A DNA stretch of 63,183 bases, filler included, from Perkinsus olseni (GCA_013115125.1; 41 parts of 41 records of this genome joined end to end with filler, not necessarily neighbours in it), one strand, 5' to 3'. Shown: positions 22,080-34,500, counted from the first letter of the whole stretch. The notes: generated from the sequence alone by a model not told the origin. Program-made: numbers and translations.

Positions 22080-23397
22080 GCCTTCACTAAAGTCTACCCC
22101 AACACCAACAAGGTCACACTGACAGAGACCATCGATTGGGCAACATCTTACGAACAAAGCCATCCTCAACTCCCTCCGACGACTTCATCCACCAGAACCA
22201 CTACCCCTACACCCGACGACATCGCCAAGATGAAGACACAAGTTTGTCTCAACTACAAACGAGGACGATGCATCTTTGGTGACAAATGTTATCGACTTCA
22301 TGAACCAAAAGATACACCAACTACAACGTCCACAACATCATCTTCGAAACAGGCCACCGCTTCTACGGCAACATCGCCTACAACGACATCCGGCCTAACA
22401 TCAATCTCCAATCACGATGACATCCCCCTCAAGACCATCGTCCTACAGCTTTCACCAGCTGAGACCCTTACTGCTATTATCGACACCGGCTGTACCGACT
22501 CCATCATCAACAAGCACAGAATCCCCCAGGTCGCTCTCACTCAAGTACAACCACTACAACGACCAACTACTGTCACATGTCTCAATACAACTACTGTGGA
22601 CTACACCCACTACGTGCCCCCTGACATGGTCATTCAAAAACAATATCATCGAGCACTCCACCAACTTTCTCATATCTGAAAACCCTCTACCATCATCCAT
22701 CGATATTGTCATCGGCCTCAAGACTCAGCAACACAACAACTTCTACCTCAACCCCATCACAAATACTATAACTGCAAATGGAGACATCCCCACCAAGACG
22801 AGTACCTACAACCCATCTACACCGGTGACTATATCTCCTAACGACAACCTCTACGCCAACCTCGACTACGACATATTGCACATCATCTATGACGGACCAT
22901 GGCTACGAGTCTACCAAGTCCAAACCCCTGAAGGCCCACGCTTCCTTGCCGACGTTTCCATCAAGACCCGTGAAGAAGCTCAAGCCATTAAAGGCCACGA
23001 GAAGCACATCCATAAAAAATGGAGAGCAGCTGATGATGAACTACGCCAAGAAGTCTCAGAGCGCCTCAACAAGCTCGTCACTGACGGCAAGCTAATACCT
23101 GCTGACGACACCGCCATCAACAACATGGCCACCTCATGCTATGGCGTTCGAGGACGCAAACGAGCACGACCCGTCTTCGTCTACTACTTGCTGAACAAGT
23201 TCCTTCAGGACAAGCTCAAAGCTGAACCAGTACCCTATCTACAAGAACCATTATACAGCCTGGTATCTGCACTACGCTTTGAACCTTTCCTGAAAGGCTA
23301 CGACGTCAAAGACGCCTTCTTTCAAATCATGCTGGGTCCATCACTCTCCTCAATGTGCACTCTCCACTTCCCCGACTCTACAGCTACTACTACCTAG
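22080..23397 (+). mobile_element. Retrotransposon gag-protease-RT fragment truncated at both ends
   Basis: CCCH finger CLNYKRGRCIFGDKCYRLH, protease IIDTGC, frameshift near 22620, RT motifs ARPVF and YDVKDAFFQI. Confidence 0.85.
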
Positions 23398-23463
23398 GCA
23401 CACTCGCAGCAAAGCCGCTAGACGTGCGATCTCGAGTTAGGCATTCATTGTGTTACGATGGAG
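23394..23463. repeat. Dispersed repeat B, copy 2
   Basis: One mismatch from 14024-14093. Its TAG ends the RT frame. Confidence 0.95.
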
Positions 23464-23563
23464 NNNNNNNNNNNNNNNNNNNNNNNNNNNNNNNNNNNNN
23501 NNNNNNNTTAATTAATTAANNNNNNNNNNNNNNNNNNNNNNNNNNNNNNNNNNNNNNNNNNNN

Positions 23564-25018
23564 ACCAAGTTTGAGGAGTATGCCAGAGCACTGATGCATC
23601 TGGGAATCACGGTACCATCATCTTATGAGAGGTTGGTATCCCTTACTCAGAGACTCCAGCCTAATATGAAGGCTCTCTTGGGTAAGCATATGAGATCCAA
23701 GGACCTGAGTCTGTACGCTGTCGACTACGACTATCTCTGCCGGGTACTCATTGGTCTAGAGAAGTCCTACTACGCGGTGTATGAGTTCGAGAGTCATGGC
23801 GGCAAGTCCAACTCGAAGTCTAATGACTGGGTCCCGGTTCAACAATCTACAAGGCGACCTCCTGGCCCTCCTGGTGAAGGCCCTTACAAGGGAAAGCCCA
23901 AGCATGATTGTCCTCACTGCGGGAAGAAGGGAGTGCGACACCCTCCAGAGGTGTGCTATTCCAATCCTGCGAGGATAAATGACAGTACCAACGGCGATAA
24001 GAAGACGGAAGGCAAATCTACCGGTGCCTCTCTTTCGAGTTCAGCCCTAGCTGGTACTACTACCAACCAGGATGAGACGGCGGTGCCCCAGTTTATGGTC
24101 ATGCCCTCTGAGACGAACCGGGTTGAATCACGGCTCCATGTTCCCTGTGCCGAAGTTTCTCTCCGTCAGTTGGACCACTGTCATCTGGTGATGGGTATCG
24201 ACTCCTTCTCCGAGGTCAGCATCGTGGACAGACAAGTGGTATCCAAGCTTCAAGATAAGGGGATCTCCTTAGACACCAGAACTGTCGGCAAGAGGACTTG
24301 CAGAGCGGCATGTGGTAGCCTCTTCAGCATTTCCCTCGAGGTTAATCTCCCGGTGATCTTTAACACTGACTGTGGACCCAGGCTAGCTATGATCTGGTGC
24401 TACGCTGTGACTAATTTCAAGTATCCCCACATACTCCTGGGTGCCTCTACATTGTCCCGCATGAGGGCTAGCATCGACCTGGACGAGTACATAATGAGGA
24501 TCAAGAGCATGGACGGAGTCATGGTGCAGCTTTTGGCATCTCCGCCTACAGTACCCCCGGTAGCATCAGCGCCCAGCTCTGATCTCGAAGACTATCTGGT
24601 ACAGTTATCTGATGAGGAGCTCTACCAGTGGCATGTTAAGAGGTGTGAAGATCTACCTACGCCCAAGCTGTCATTCAAGCTCAAGGACATGGTCCCCTCT
24701 GTTACTAGAAAGTATCCTATCCCGGCTCGCTTGAGGGAGTCCGTGGAACTGGAGCTTCAGAAGTTGGCTAGGCAGGGAGTCATCCAAGTGATCAGAGAAG
24801 ACGACATTGGCCCCAACGCTATAATTTCGCCGGGGTTTGCTAAAGACAAAGGCAGACCTGGCCCCAATGGTTGTCCGGCGGTGAGACTATTGTGCGACTT
24901 CTCTGCTCTGAACGCGGTGATCAGCAGTGACCTATCTGCCCACTGGACCCGTTCCACTGATGATCTACAGGACAACATTCACACTATCCCTAGTGGATCT
25001 CAATGGTTCTTCAAGGCC
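23564..25018 (+). mobile_element. Ty3/gypsy-like gag-pol (Zn knuckle, protease, RT start)
   Basis: CPHCGKKGVRHPPEVC, GIDSFSEVS...ILLG, KYPIP...GVIQ...VRLLCDFSALN. Confidence 0.88.
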
Positions 25019-25118
25019 NNNNNNNNNNNNNNNNNNNNNNNNNNNNNNNNNNNNNNNNNNNNTTAATTAATTAANNNNNNNNNNNNNNNNNNNNNNNNNN
25101 NNNNNNNNNNNNNNNNNN

Positions 25119-26090
25119 TCGGCCTCGGATCGTGTGGATGGAAGCCTGAGAATCTGTGAAGAGATGCCATTCTATACCTCTGTGAGCCGAACAGCTCAGC
25201 CATCGCAGGGCTCTGCGGATGGCTTCCAACTCGCACTGGTGAATGGTGGCGAACCGCTCAAGCTTGAAGGCTTGGCGCTCCACCACTTCTCCTTCCTTGA
25301 CAGCCAGGAAGGCTCCGCCGGCGCTGTCGCCGAACTTGGAACCATCAGTGTAAATGGCCGGGCCCCGGTAGGCTGATGCCAGCTTGATCGCTTCTTCTCT
25401 TGGGCGGATGGAGGCGGGGAGGGAAGAGCGCCAAGGCGGGAGAGGATGGGGCTCGCGTCGGTCCACTCTCCAAGCCGGCTCCGCCGCTTCAGGCCCAAGG
25501 GCCGCTATCAGGTCGCTGGAGGTGCCTGTGGTGGCGCGGCACCTCCCTGCCAGCATCCTCAATTGGATGCTGGCTGGGCAGATGCCGGCCATGGCTTGGC
25601 ATGCTGCATGTGAGGCGGTTCTCGGGGCTCTGACCGATATACGGGCCGCTAAGCCCGATACCGAGTCCAGGACCCTGGCTAGCTTCTCATCCTCCAAGGC
25701 TCCGACCCACACGCTGACTGCGTGAGCCATAAATGGCACCACGGCCAACTGGTAGGTCTTCAAGATGCGCTTGGTGTCGAGCCCCGCCCGCTCCCAACCC
25801 AGGGCGTGTAATTGCCCTAGGCGGGAACGAGCTTGGGCAGCCTTCCTCTTGACGTGCTCTTTAAAGAGCAGTCGCTGGTCGATCACCAGCCCAAGGATGG
25901 TGACGGTCTTGGCTCGGCTAATGGCCTTGCCGTCGATCATCAATGCTCGTACCTGGAGCTTGGCAGGGGAAAGGTAGTAACACTTGCTGGGGTTCAGGCT
26001 GAGCCCAGAGGCTCGCGACCAGTCCGAGATCCGAGTCTCGATCTGGAGCCATCGCTCCCTGAACTCTCGGACGCCCTTGGTCGTGAGGAC
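25119..26090 (-). mobile_element. Non-LTR retrotransposon ORF2: RT thumb plus RNase H, 5' truncated
   Basis: GLSLNPSK, ILGLVIDQRLLFKEHV, IYTDGSK, ELEAI, FTDSQAS. Confidence 0.92.
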
Positions 26091-26439
26091 CAAGTGTATT
26101 GCATAAAGTTGGTATGCAATACACTGAGGAAACGAGTCGCTGCATCTGATTGCGAAGTGAAGAAGGTCGGGTACCAACTTGGAAGTTGATTGACGAAGTG
26201 ATATTCTATGCGTGTGAGGAGAATGGTGTGGCGCAGGCCATACTGTCGTTCGATTATTAGTAGTAGTACCACACGTCAATGGCATCACGCGTGGATGAGG
26301 GTTTTAAGTGAAGTATCCTCCCAGATGTTACAACTCAAGGACAAGACATTACCGAAGAAACTAGTGATACTTCAGCAGTCGTGCTAGTTGCATTTGCATC
26401 GTTTGTAGTTGACTTTGCAAGTCTCTAATCACGTCAGTG

Positions 26440-26572
26440 GTGTCGTGGGAAGGCTTGTCGTGGGAAGGCTTGTCGTCGGTAGAAGGCTTGTCGTCGGTAG
26501 AAGGCTTGTCGTCGGTAGAAGGCTTGTCGTCGGTAGAAGGCTTGTCGTCGGTAGAAGGCTTGTCGTCGGTAG
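26440..26572. repeat. 18-bp minisatellite (AGAAGGCTTGTCGTCGGT)n preceded by two 15-bp variants
   Basis: Direct reading. The minus strand would encode (LPTTSL)n followed by a stop, a possible mucin-like C-terminus. Confidence 0.92.
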
Positions 26573-26754
26573 NNNNNNNNNNNNNNNNNNNNNNNNNNNN
26601 NNNNNNNNNNNNNNNNTTAATTAATTAANNNNNNNNNNNNNNNNNNNNNNNNNNNNNNNNNNNNNNNNNNNNCCCAACTCCCCCCCCCCCCCCCCCCGCC
26701 CGCCCGCCGCGGGGGGGGGGGGGGGGGGCCGGGGGCCCCCCCCCCCCCCCCGCC

Positions 26755-26830
26755 CCACAGTCACACTCTGGCGAGTTGGCCACCCCGCATCTATAGAGAT
26801 GGGCTGGCGAAACTGATTTAATCCAAGCAA
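26755..26830 (-). pseudogene. Non-LTR ORF2 C-terminal Zn-finger remnant
   Basis: AHLYRCGVANSPECDCG. Confidence 0.55.
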
Positions 26831-28224
26831 CAGTTGCTATTCCGAGCATTGCCCGGTAAGCCAAGCACTCTTTGTTATACCAAGCACCCATTTGCTGCTT
26901 GAGATAGCTTGAAAAATCAGATCACGGTCACACGATAAGTAGAGGTAATGTCATTTCCCTGTACAGAATGGAGTAGCTCTCAGCTGCATTCCGGAACCAT
27001 TTCTTCAACACTCACTTTCATACTCTTTACTGAAACTGTATCCCTGACAGGAATTGCTAACCTGCGAGTGGCAAGTGCTTCCCCCCGGTTCAACTCAAAG
27101 CTTTGTTAGTCTCCACACAGTATGGAAAGTTATGAAACACTTCTTATCTTTACGACAATTCATCTTCATGTAAGCCACACTTGAACTAAGTGACGTAGTC
27201 GCATATCTACCATTCTGGAACCACCGGCCACTCCATACCTGAAACCAGGACCGTACCATGAACGAGGCGTGCAATTTATAGCAATACTCTGGCCTCCAGA
27301 AGAGTCCGAGTCACCGTCTCTCTTCTTTTGCCATTCTTCGCTAGGAATGGATGTTTTTCCGAGTAGCGATTGTGAAGAACTGCGGCTCGAGCCACCTTCT
27401 CGGCTTGCAACAGCTTCCTCTGGGACGCGGTTCTCTCCAAGGAGGCTGCCTTCTCTGCTACCTCTTTGCCAGTTGCTGTTCATCGAGGTCTACTGACCTG
27501 GTTTCTGGTCTCTGACCTGAAACCATGATACAGACTTGCGAAATGCGGCACGAAGATGCTACAAGTTGGCATTCAAATTCCTTGTGTCACAGCAAAAGAA
27601 TTTATCGCGTTACCTTCAAGCAGGGACTCTCCATCATCGACGACGACAGTATTGTGCCCACTGGTCGAGTATGAACTAACCGTCTCATTATCGTCCGAGC
27701 CGGGTCTCCCTGCAAATGAAGCACAAAGCGTAAAGTCGGCATTCTTGGGGCGAATGAGGCTGAACCTCGTGAGCAATGTTGCGATCAGCTAGCAAGCGGG
27801 ATTACTCGCGGCACGTGCCACGGTGGCACCAATGCTAGATTCCGAGTCTACTCCATCACGGTTCCCCTAGCCTAGGGGCCCTAGGTGAAGTTCACCGGCT
27901 ACTAGCCGGCGGCTGGTGCCTAAGCACTCTGCTGGCTATCGTCACGCTAGCTTCCCTGTTCATCACGTGGATCCACAGCTCTGCTGATAACCTCTGAGCT
28001 CAATGCTTGGTCACGTCTCCGACAAGTGGCGCCTGGCCGGGCTGGAAACCGTGCACTGTTAACCCAACAGTAGAATAACTCTGATGGACAGAGTATAGGA
28101 AAGAGTGGTGAATGAATAGCTATANNNNNNNNNNNNNNNNNNNNNNNNNNNNNNNNNNNNNNNNNNNNTTAATTAATTAANNNNNNNNNNNNNNNNNNNN
28201 NNNNNNNNNNNNNNNNNNNNNNNN

Positions 28225-28476
28225 TCAGTGATGCCCATCACTGGTGGAGGTGAGTAGTCACACCGGCGGCGGAGCGAAGCAATTTTTGCATGCCAGTTTT
28301 CCCTCAGGGAAGACTTCGAAATCCCGGACATTCGTCCCAGTGCGGAGTGGATACAGACGGCACATAAAGTGAAGGCTCGGCTTGAGGAGGAGGCCAAGGC
28401 TGCCATGGAGAACGCGGCCGATCCCCTCGCTGACCTTCCCGAAGGTGACCACGATTCTGGGCATCCTGTGGATTGA
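28225..28476 (+). CDS. C-terminal exons of an unknown gene
   Basis: GTGAGT...CCCTCAG intron, then EDFEIPDIRPSAEWIQTAHKVKARLEEEAK...PVD and stop. Confidence 0.55.
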
Positions 28477-28674
28477 TTCGCCTTAACACGCACACCCTAG
28501 CAAGATGGAATAGGAAATGGCTCCATGCGCTTCTTTCTTGTACCGAGGGCCTTCCAGTGGGAGAGCTTATGGTGAGTTCTCTCGACTGTGTGGTGGTCTT
28601 CGAGTTTTTCTTCCTCCGGACGCGTCGTGCTGTGAGTGATCGGTTAGTTGGAAAACCTCCTTACATTCGTGTGA

Positions 28675-28675
<1 letters not shown>

Positions 28676-28708
<33 letters not shown>
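28676..28708 (+). repeat. (AAGC)n microsatellite
   Basis: Direct reading. Confidence 0.95.
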
Positions 28709-28905
28709 CGCTTAGTTTATACTAGTGTCTAGCGAGAAATCCCGGAAGGGGCGGCGGCGGCGGCGGTGCCTGGACTCACTCAGAGCCTCCTAAGCTCCAG
28801 CAGGCCTCGCACTGTGTGAATATTGTTCGAGCTGCTGGAAGACGCTACTACGCTGGTGTTCCCTCATCATTGGCAGGCCTTACCTGTGGATTGAAGCATT
28901 GGCAG

Positions 28906-29467
28906 GTTACTATGATCTCGAGGCTGTCGATGACAGTGATGACGAAGAGGACGAGGAACCGGCCCAGGCGGATGGTCATTCAGCCGCGACCAAGCAGCCA
29001 GCGGCTCCGGTTGTGAAGAGACCAGAGGACATGGGTGCTCTGGACAGCAACACCTATCACAACAACTATCGCTTCCGCCAGATGAAGGGCAAGGTGGGTG
29101 CGGCGGGTCATCACTGGGGCCTTGGAGAATGGGGAATCTTAGGTCACGGTGGCGATCGAGGTTGAAGATGATATCCGGGATGAGGACGTGAGGGTCACCA
29201 TCAAGCCCAACCATCTCACAGTCCGTATCAAAGGCGCCGAGGGCCTCGACGGTAGCGAGGGAATTTCGTGGCGCGCGGTCATGCGAGTGGTCTGATCTAT
29301 CTGTTTTAGGGGAGCTAAGCGGGAAGGTTGACCCTCGGAAGTCGTCCTGGGAGTTGGACGATGGTGAGGTAAAGATAACCCTACAGAAGGCGTCCATCAG
29401 CGACCCTGAGGATGAGGACAGGACATGGTTCGACTGGTGGGGCGATCTCTGGGCGAAGAAGATGTAA
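28906..29467 (+). CDS. CS-domain (p23/NudC-like) co-chaperone, start uncertain
   Basis: Removing introns 29094-29142 and 29252-29309 gives YRFRQMKGKVTVAIEV...DVRVTIKPNHLTVRIKG...GELSGKVDPRKSSWELDDGEVKITLQK...WWGDL. Confidence 0.85.
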
Positions 29468-29913
29468 GGTAGGCCTGGGTGACCGCTTTCCGCGTCTTTG
29501 GAAATTTGCGAGTTTTTGGTGGAATCAGAATTCAAAATCTTGACTGGGCGACAGCTGAAATTTTCCTGACCGCCAAGTAATGCAATATTGGGAACTATTT
29601 TGTCTAGGCGATGCTGATGAATCGGCCTAAGGCCGATGCTCGGTCATCTTCGATGCCGCCTCGCCCCCTTCGAGANNNNNNNNNNNNNNNNNNNNNNNNN
29701 NNNNNNNNNNNNNNNNNNNTTAATTAATTAANNNNNNNNNNNNNNNNNNNNNNNNNNNNNNNNNNNNNNNNNNNNTCTCAATCAAAAAACTGTAAAAGCC
29801 CTATAGTTGTTCGAAAAGAACGACGGATGTTGTAATTTCCACGGTCGTATTCCACTTGCCCGAGCTGTTGACGTTCTGCCTGTTGGGAATGTTCACTCAC
29901 CCGTGGATGCGCG

Positions 29914-30876
29914 GTGGTAGTGGGAGATAATGCGATAGCTAGGGATTCGGTAGCGAGAGATGCGGAGTTGGCCGGTTTGAACATCCGATTCATAGCTGCA
30001 AATCCTAGAGCGCCATGGAGCACCGCCGCGGAGACCCATCATCGAAGCGCTGTGAGGGCGGCCAGGACGATTCTGAGACAGTACAGAGTATCGGACTGGA
30101 TGGGCGATGCGATGACTTCATTGAAACAAGATCTGGCGGATGAAATCGCGTGGACGCTCAATAGATCACCTTTGTCATCGGCGGACATCAGCGATCAAGG
30201 ATACGTCAAAGCTCTAAAACCCGATGACCTGAGATATGGTTACATTCGCAGAGAGGGGGGCGGAGCTACGCTGATGGACAGCACGGAGCAGGCAGAGGAA
30301 AAGTCGTGTGGTAAGTGGCAGAGGCGTAGGGAGGCTAACCTACGGCGGTTCTTGAATGATTTTTGGCCGGAAAAGCGCAGGAAAGTGTTGGTGTCACTAG
30401 GACGAGCGGCGGCTGTGAGGAATGATTTTATATTCCGCGTCGGAGATCCAGTGATGGTTTACCAACCGACGAGAAAGCACGACATGCTGTGGCGTACGGG
30501 CTTCATAGTTCAGTGTCTGAGCACACGACGCTATCGGGTCCGCATCGTCGGAAGCAAAGGGGAGCGCGTAACGGCAGAGAACCACTACAATTTATGTCCG
30601 CTGGAAGTGAGGAGAGATTATGACACGATGCCACTACCAGATAGAGCAGGTATGAGGATCCGATGCCGATTGAGGCACGAGGACGGTACATACCAGCATC
30701 ATTGGGGCACTGTAGTGAAAGATTTGGCGGAGAAAGTGCTCGTATGCTGGGATGAATCGGATCAAGGTCAAAGTGCATTCGAGTTATTGAAGCTGGAGGA
30801 GGAGCAGTGGGATCTGGGCGATTCCGGAGATACTGACCGCATCCTCGAGAGGGGGGCGTGTCGCGGCACCGAATGA
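29914..30876 (+). mobile_element. LTR retrotransposon integrase core end and C-terminal domains
   Basis: VGDNA...ANPRAPWSTAAETHH (second D and E of DDE), LNRSP, FRVGDPVMV...W..G.IV. Confidence 0.8.
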
Positions 30877-31224
30877 TGAGGCTATTTTTGGGCGTGCGCG
30901 AAAAGCTCCAAGGAGATCCAGCATGAGAAGTATATCTATTATGTTAAGAGTATATGATTGAGTTCCCATTGTAGCTAATTAGTTAGGAGCATGCAATGCG
31001 GACCGTAGCCATCTTGGCTCAAGTGTATTCTGTTTTTGCTCTCCCCTCTTCATGAGTAGTCGCGTTGACGATCCGTCCAAGACCGACGAGTCGGTCAAAC
31101 CCAACATTAAGCTATGTACTTGCGTGCCCTAAGCTTGGGTTTTCTCCGGAGTTGCAGACTTTCAGTAGCCTTTTGATTTTTCCTCGTTCGAGCCTCCTTG
31201 ACTTGAGGTTCGTTCGTCCCGCAC
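30847..31224 (+). mobile_element. Polypurine tract and start of 3' LTR (TGT at 30859)
   Basis: GAGAGGGGGGCG immediately followed by TGTCGCGG at the end of the integrase ORF. Confidence 0.7.
31002..31023 (+). other. Exact spliced-leader sequence without splice donor (relic or encoded SL)
   Basis: ACCGTAGCCATCTTGGCTCAAG followed by TG, not GT. Confidence 0.93.
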
Positions 31225-31324
31225 NNNNNNNNNNNNNNNNNNNNNNNNNNNNNNNNNNNNNNNNNNNNTTAATTAATTAANNNNNNNNNNNNNNNNNNNN
31301 NNNNNNNNNNNNNNNNNNNNNNNN

Positions 31325-31596
31325 TATATGGGGTTGTTGGTGTCGTTCAGAGCACCAGGATATACTTGTGGTGGGGGTTGACGTGAGTCGGCACGATCTG
31401 GATGCAAACGTGGTCCTAGTAGAGGCCAACCGCCGCTGGAGGCTCCGGGTTGAACTGGAGGGGGTTGGTTGACAATAACCGGTGGCGGGATACCACGTCC
31501 GTCTTCTTCACGTGGTGGGGTAGTCTGTACTCCAGCGTTGAAGATGGCGTTCTCACCGTCGTCTCCAATAATGGGATTGTCACCAGAGTTGGACAT
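31325..31596 (-). mobile_element. Probable gag N-terminus with long upstream leader (to about 32772)
   Basis: Pro-rich ORF starting MSNSGDNP runs into the gap. The upstream region has short direct repeats (ACGGTCCCTGTGACCGT twice). Confidence 0.4.
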
Positions 31597-34500
31597 GGTT
31601 GCTTTTGCAAGTTAGGAAGTATAAGCGCTGCAGTTACCAGTGCCCTCACGTTGAACCACCCACGGTTGAATAATTGACGACACAACGTCAAATATATGTG
31701 ATAAGTGAACAAGGGGTAGATAGACTGTCCAAGACAGTTGTAGAAGCTACCAAAAGTAACTCAGCTGACGTCTACTCTACCAGAAGTCAGTCGAGAAACC
31801 ACAGCGCACCTCGTCGTAGTAGGGCAAGTAGTCGGTAGCGATAGGATGTCGCCCTAGTAGATGGTGCAAGTCGAGTCGATGCCCACTATCGTAGATAGTT
31901 CATCAGTAGAGTAATGAGCCACATACGTAGTCGGAGTAGCGAGTAGTAGCCGAAGATGATCTCGACCAAACCATCTCAGCGATGCAGTAGGTTCAGCATG
32001 AGACGTACCGCTCGACGTTCGCCAGAGTAGAGCGGGTAGTACAAGAATATACCCGTACCTCATGCCGTAGTAGTACCAATGTCGTCGAAGGTAACGTTAA
32101 CTGCCTGACTAACGTATCTTCAAGTTGATACCACCGTGGCGAATATCTTCTGCAGAGGGGTTTGACAACTGCCAGACCCAGATATCCACTCTACGTACGT
32201 CAACTGCCTGACTGACATACGTAAGAGGTTGGTGAAATGGAAGACCAGCGGTGTAGTTGGAGACCATAGCTTGCCGTCATTTTAGTGCTTTAGACGTAGA
32301 TATGCCGCTGTTCCACAATCACCAAGCCATAACGTGTAGGAGACCGTCTTCTCCTCCGGAGAAATCACCATCACGTTATGTAGACCGGGACGACAGGACT
32401 GGATCCACCTTGTTGGAAGCCAAACGGTCCCTGTGACCGTCGTCGACAGCAACTGCCGGACTACTGCCGAACGTCCTTGTCGTCATACAACGCTGAGAAT
32501 GAAGTTCCACCTTGGAACGACGTAGTCACCATGACCACGATCGAGGCGTAGGTACCGAACCACCACCTCAATCATTCTCCTCTCGTCAACTTCACGGCGC
32601 CGTTCTTGTTGTAGTACTAGCAACGTGATTGATGACGTTGTAGTGATGGGGGATGACGTAACCCGTCGCGTGGAGCGAACGCCGTTGAAGTGACCGAACT
32701 TGTCGACAACGTAGTGGTAACCGGTAAGGTCTCACCTTGTTGAGAACCACACGGTCCCTGTGACCGTGACTCNNNNNNNNNNNNNNNNNNNNNNNNNNNN
32801 NNNNNNNNNNNNNNNNTTAATTAATTAANNNNNNNNNNNNNNNNNNNNNNNNNNNNNNNNNNNNNNNNNNNNCGTTTTTTGATGTTCATTGTTGGCCTTA
32901 TGTTACTTCTGAAGATTAGCGTTTGTCGTTGCGTTGTAATTCGAGTTCTTCTTCGGAAAGGATGGCGTGTTGATTGGCTCGCTGACGTGCAGGAAGCCTC
33001 GCCTATATTTTTGTTACATGTTGGGGAGATGCCACCTTATCGAAGGAGTTGTCCCTTCCCCTGCCGTATATGAAGCATCTCACTACTCTATGATTCTGCA
33101 GATGTTAAACGTTTGATATGAATGTGTTGACTAGGTTGAGGAGCGGTCACGCGGAGCCGAGGGCTGAAATGCCTGCCTTTCAAACTTTTCCTTTTCTCTC
33201 CCGACCGGCGATTGCGACAGCCGTACGATTTGGATCATTAAGTTCCGTTTCGATTCTCTGTCGTTTCGTGCCAGTATTGCGGAGATTCTCTCGCGTTTGT
33301 GAACGTTTCGCTCCTTGACAGGGGGGGGAGGGGGGGGTTTCCTCGCGATCGCGCGAAAACTTCCGAAGTAAGTTCAAGGGAATAGAGCGCATAACCGGTT
33401 GGAAGTGCTGCTGAGTTTTTTCTGCAGTTCCTGTTAGATGACGGGGCGACGCTTAGTTAAGCCAAAATAGAGGTGAACAGCGTCCACTCCTCTGGCGATC
33501 GACTTTGCAATCTCCTATGGTGTCTACGAGACGTGAGCTATTACGGTTCACCTCGTTATTCGCGTCGCTCGCATTTGTCTCCTCGCCCACCGACGGGCAT
33601 CCATACATTCATTGAGGAGGTCTCTGACAATACTGAAAAGTAGGGTGATTCCAGCACTGCTAATGATCAGCATTGATGGCCGATGTGTTCATCGTCGTTC
33701 CTACGCTTCCCTCAGCTCACTCCACTACTAACGCGTCTTCGTGTTACATTTGCCATTAGCAGAGTAATTCCCTCCGCGGCTTGTAATGCCCAAACTTCAA
33801 CCCAAGCAATCAACTCTCCGACCCTGTGATCTACTCGGCACCGCCAAGCGTGTGGAGGTGGCTCCAACGGTACATCGCACCACTGAGCTTCTCTCCCCCG
33901 GTAATCCTCTAAACGCCAGCGCGCTCCCATAATGAGCATCTCTCAATTGATGTGCATATATCCGAGAAGTCGTCACACTCGATTGGCACGAGATCATAGG
34001 TCGAAGGGTGGCTGCCGAAGCATCTCACAAGGAGGGCAAAGTTCTGTGGAAAGTGATACTCGACGATGCTCGCAAGAGATGAGTTTATCAGCTCAGGAGT
34101 CACCCTTGGTACGGTTCCCATCAGCGACCCCGGTTAATCGGAAGTTCTGTGCTCGGTGTCTCTCGAGTGATCGAGCCACCTGTGGATGTCCAGTGACCTG
34201 GGTTGATTCCATCGACAGGGGCAGCCTCTCAGGGAAGGATTCACTCTTACTGTGCCACCTAGCTTTTCGGAATGACATGGTTCGTCTCGCAAAGGTGCCA
34301 AAAGCTGTCTCTTTCTCAAGNNNNNNNNNNNNNNNNNNNNNNNNNNNNNNNNNNNNNNNNNNNNTTAATTAATTAANNNNNNNNNNNNNNNNNNNNNNNN
34401 NNNNNNNNNNNNNNNNNNNNATGATCGACGGTAGTACTCGAAGTATCTACGAGCCGTATTAACAAGCTAAACCACAATAATGGGATAGACACCATTGACT

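Noticed and set aside
22600-22640. Programmed frameshifts here and near 17590, 50070 and 57935
   Set aside because: They fall inside domains or in homopolymer/dinucleotide runs, so decay or sequencing error is more likely.
26672-26755. G-quadruplex or Gly/Pro-rich ORF
   Set aside because: Poly-C/G at a contig edge, probably low-quality base calls.
28867-29535. 222-aa minus-strand ORF
   Set aside because: Antisense shadow of the spliced CS-domain gene.
29634-29665. Hammerhead ribozyme (CTGATGA plus stem ATCGGCCT-A-AGGCCGAT)
   Set aside because: No GAAA after stem II. It is just another odd-centre palindrome.
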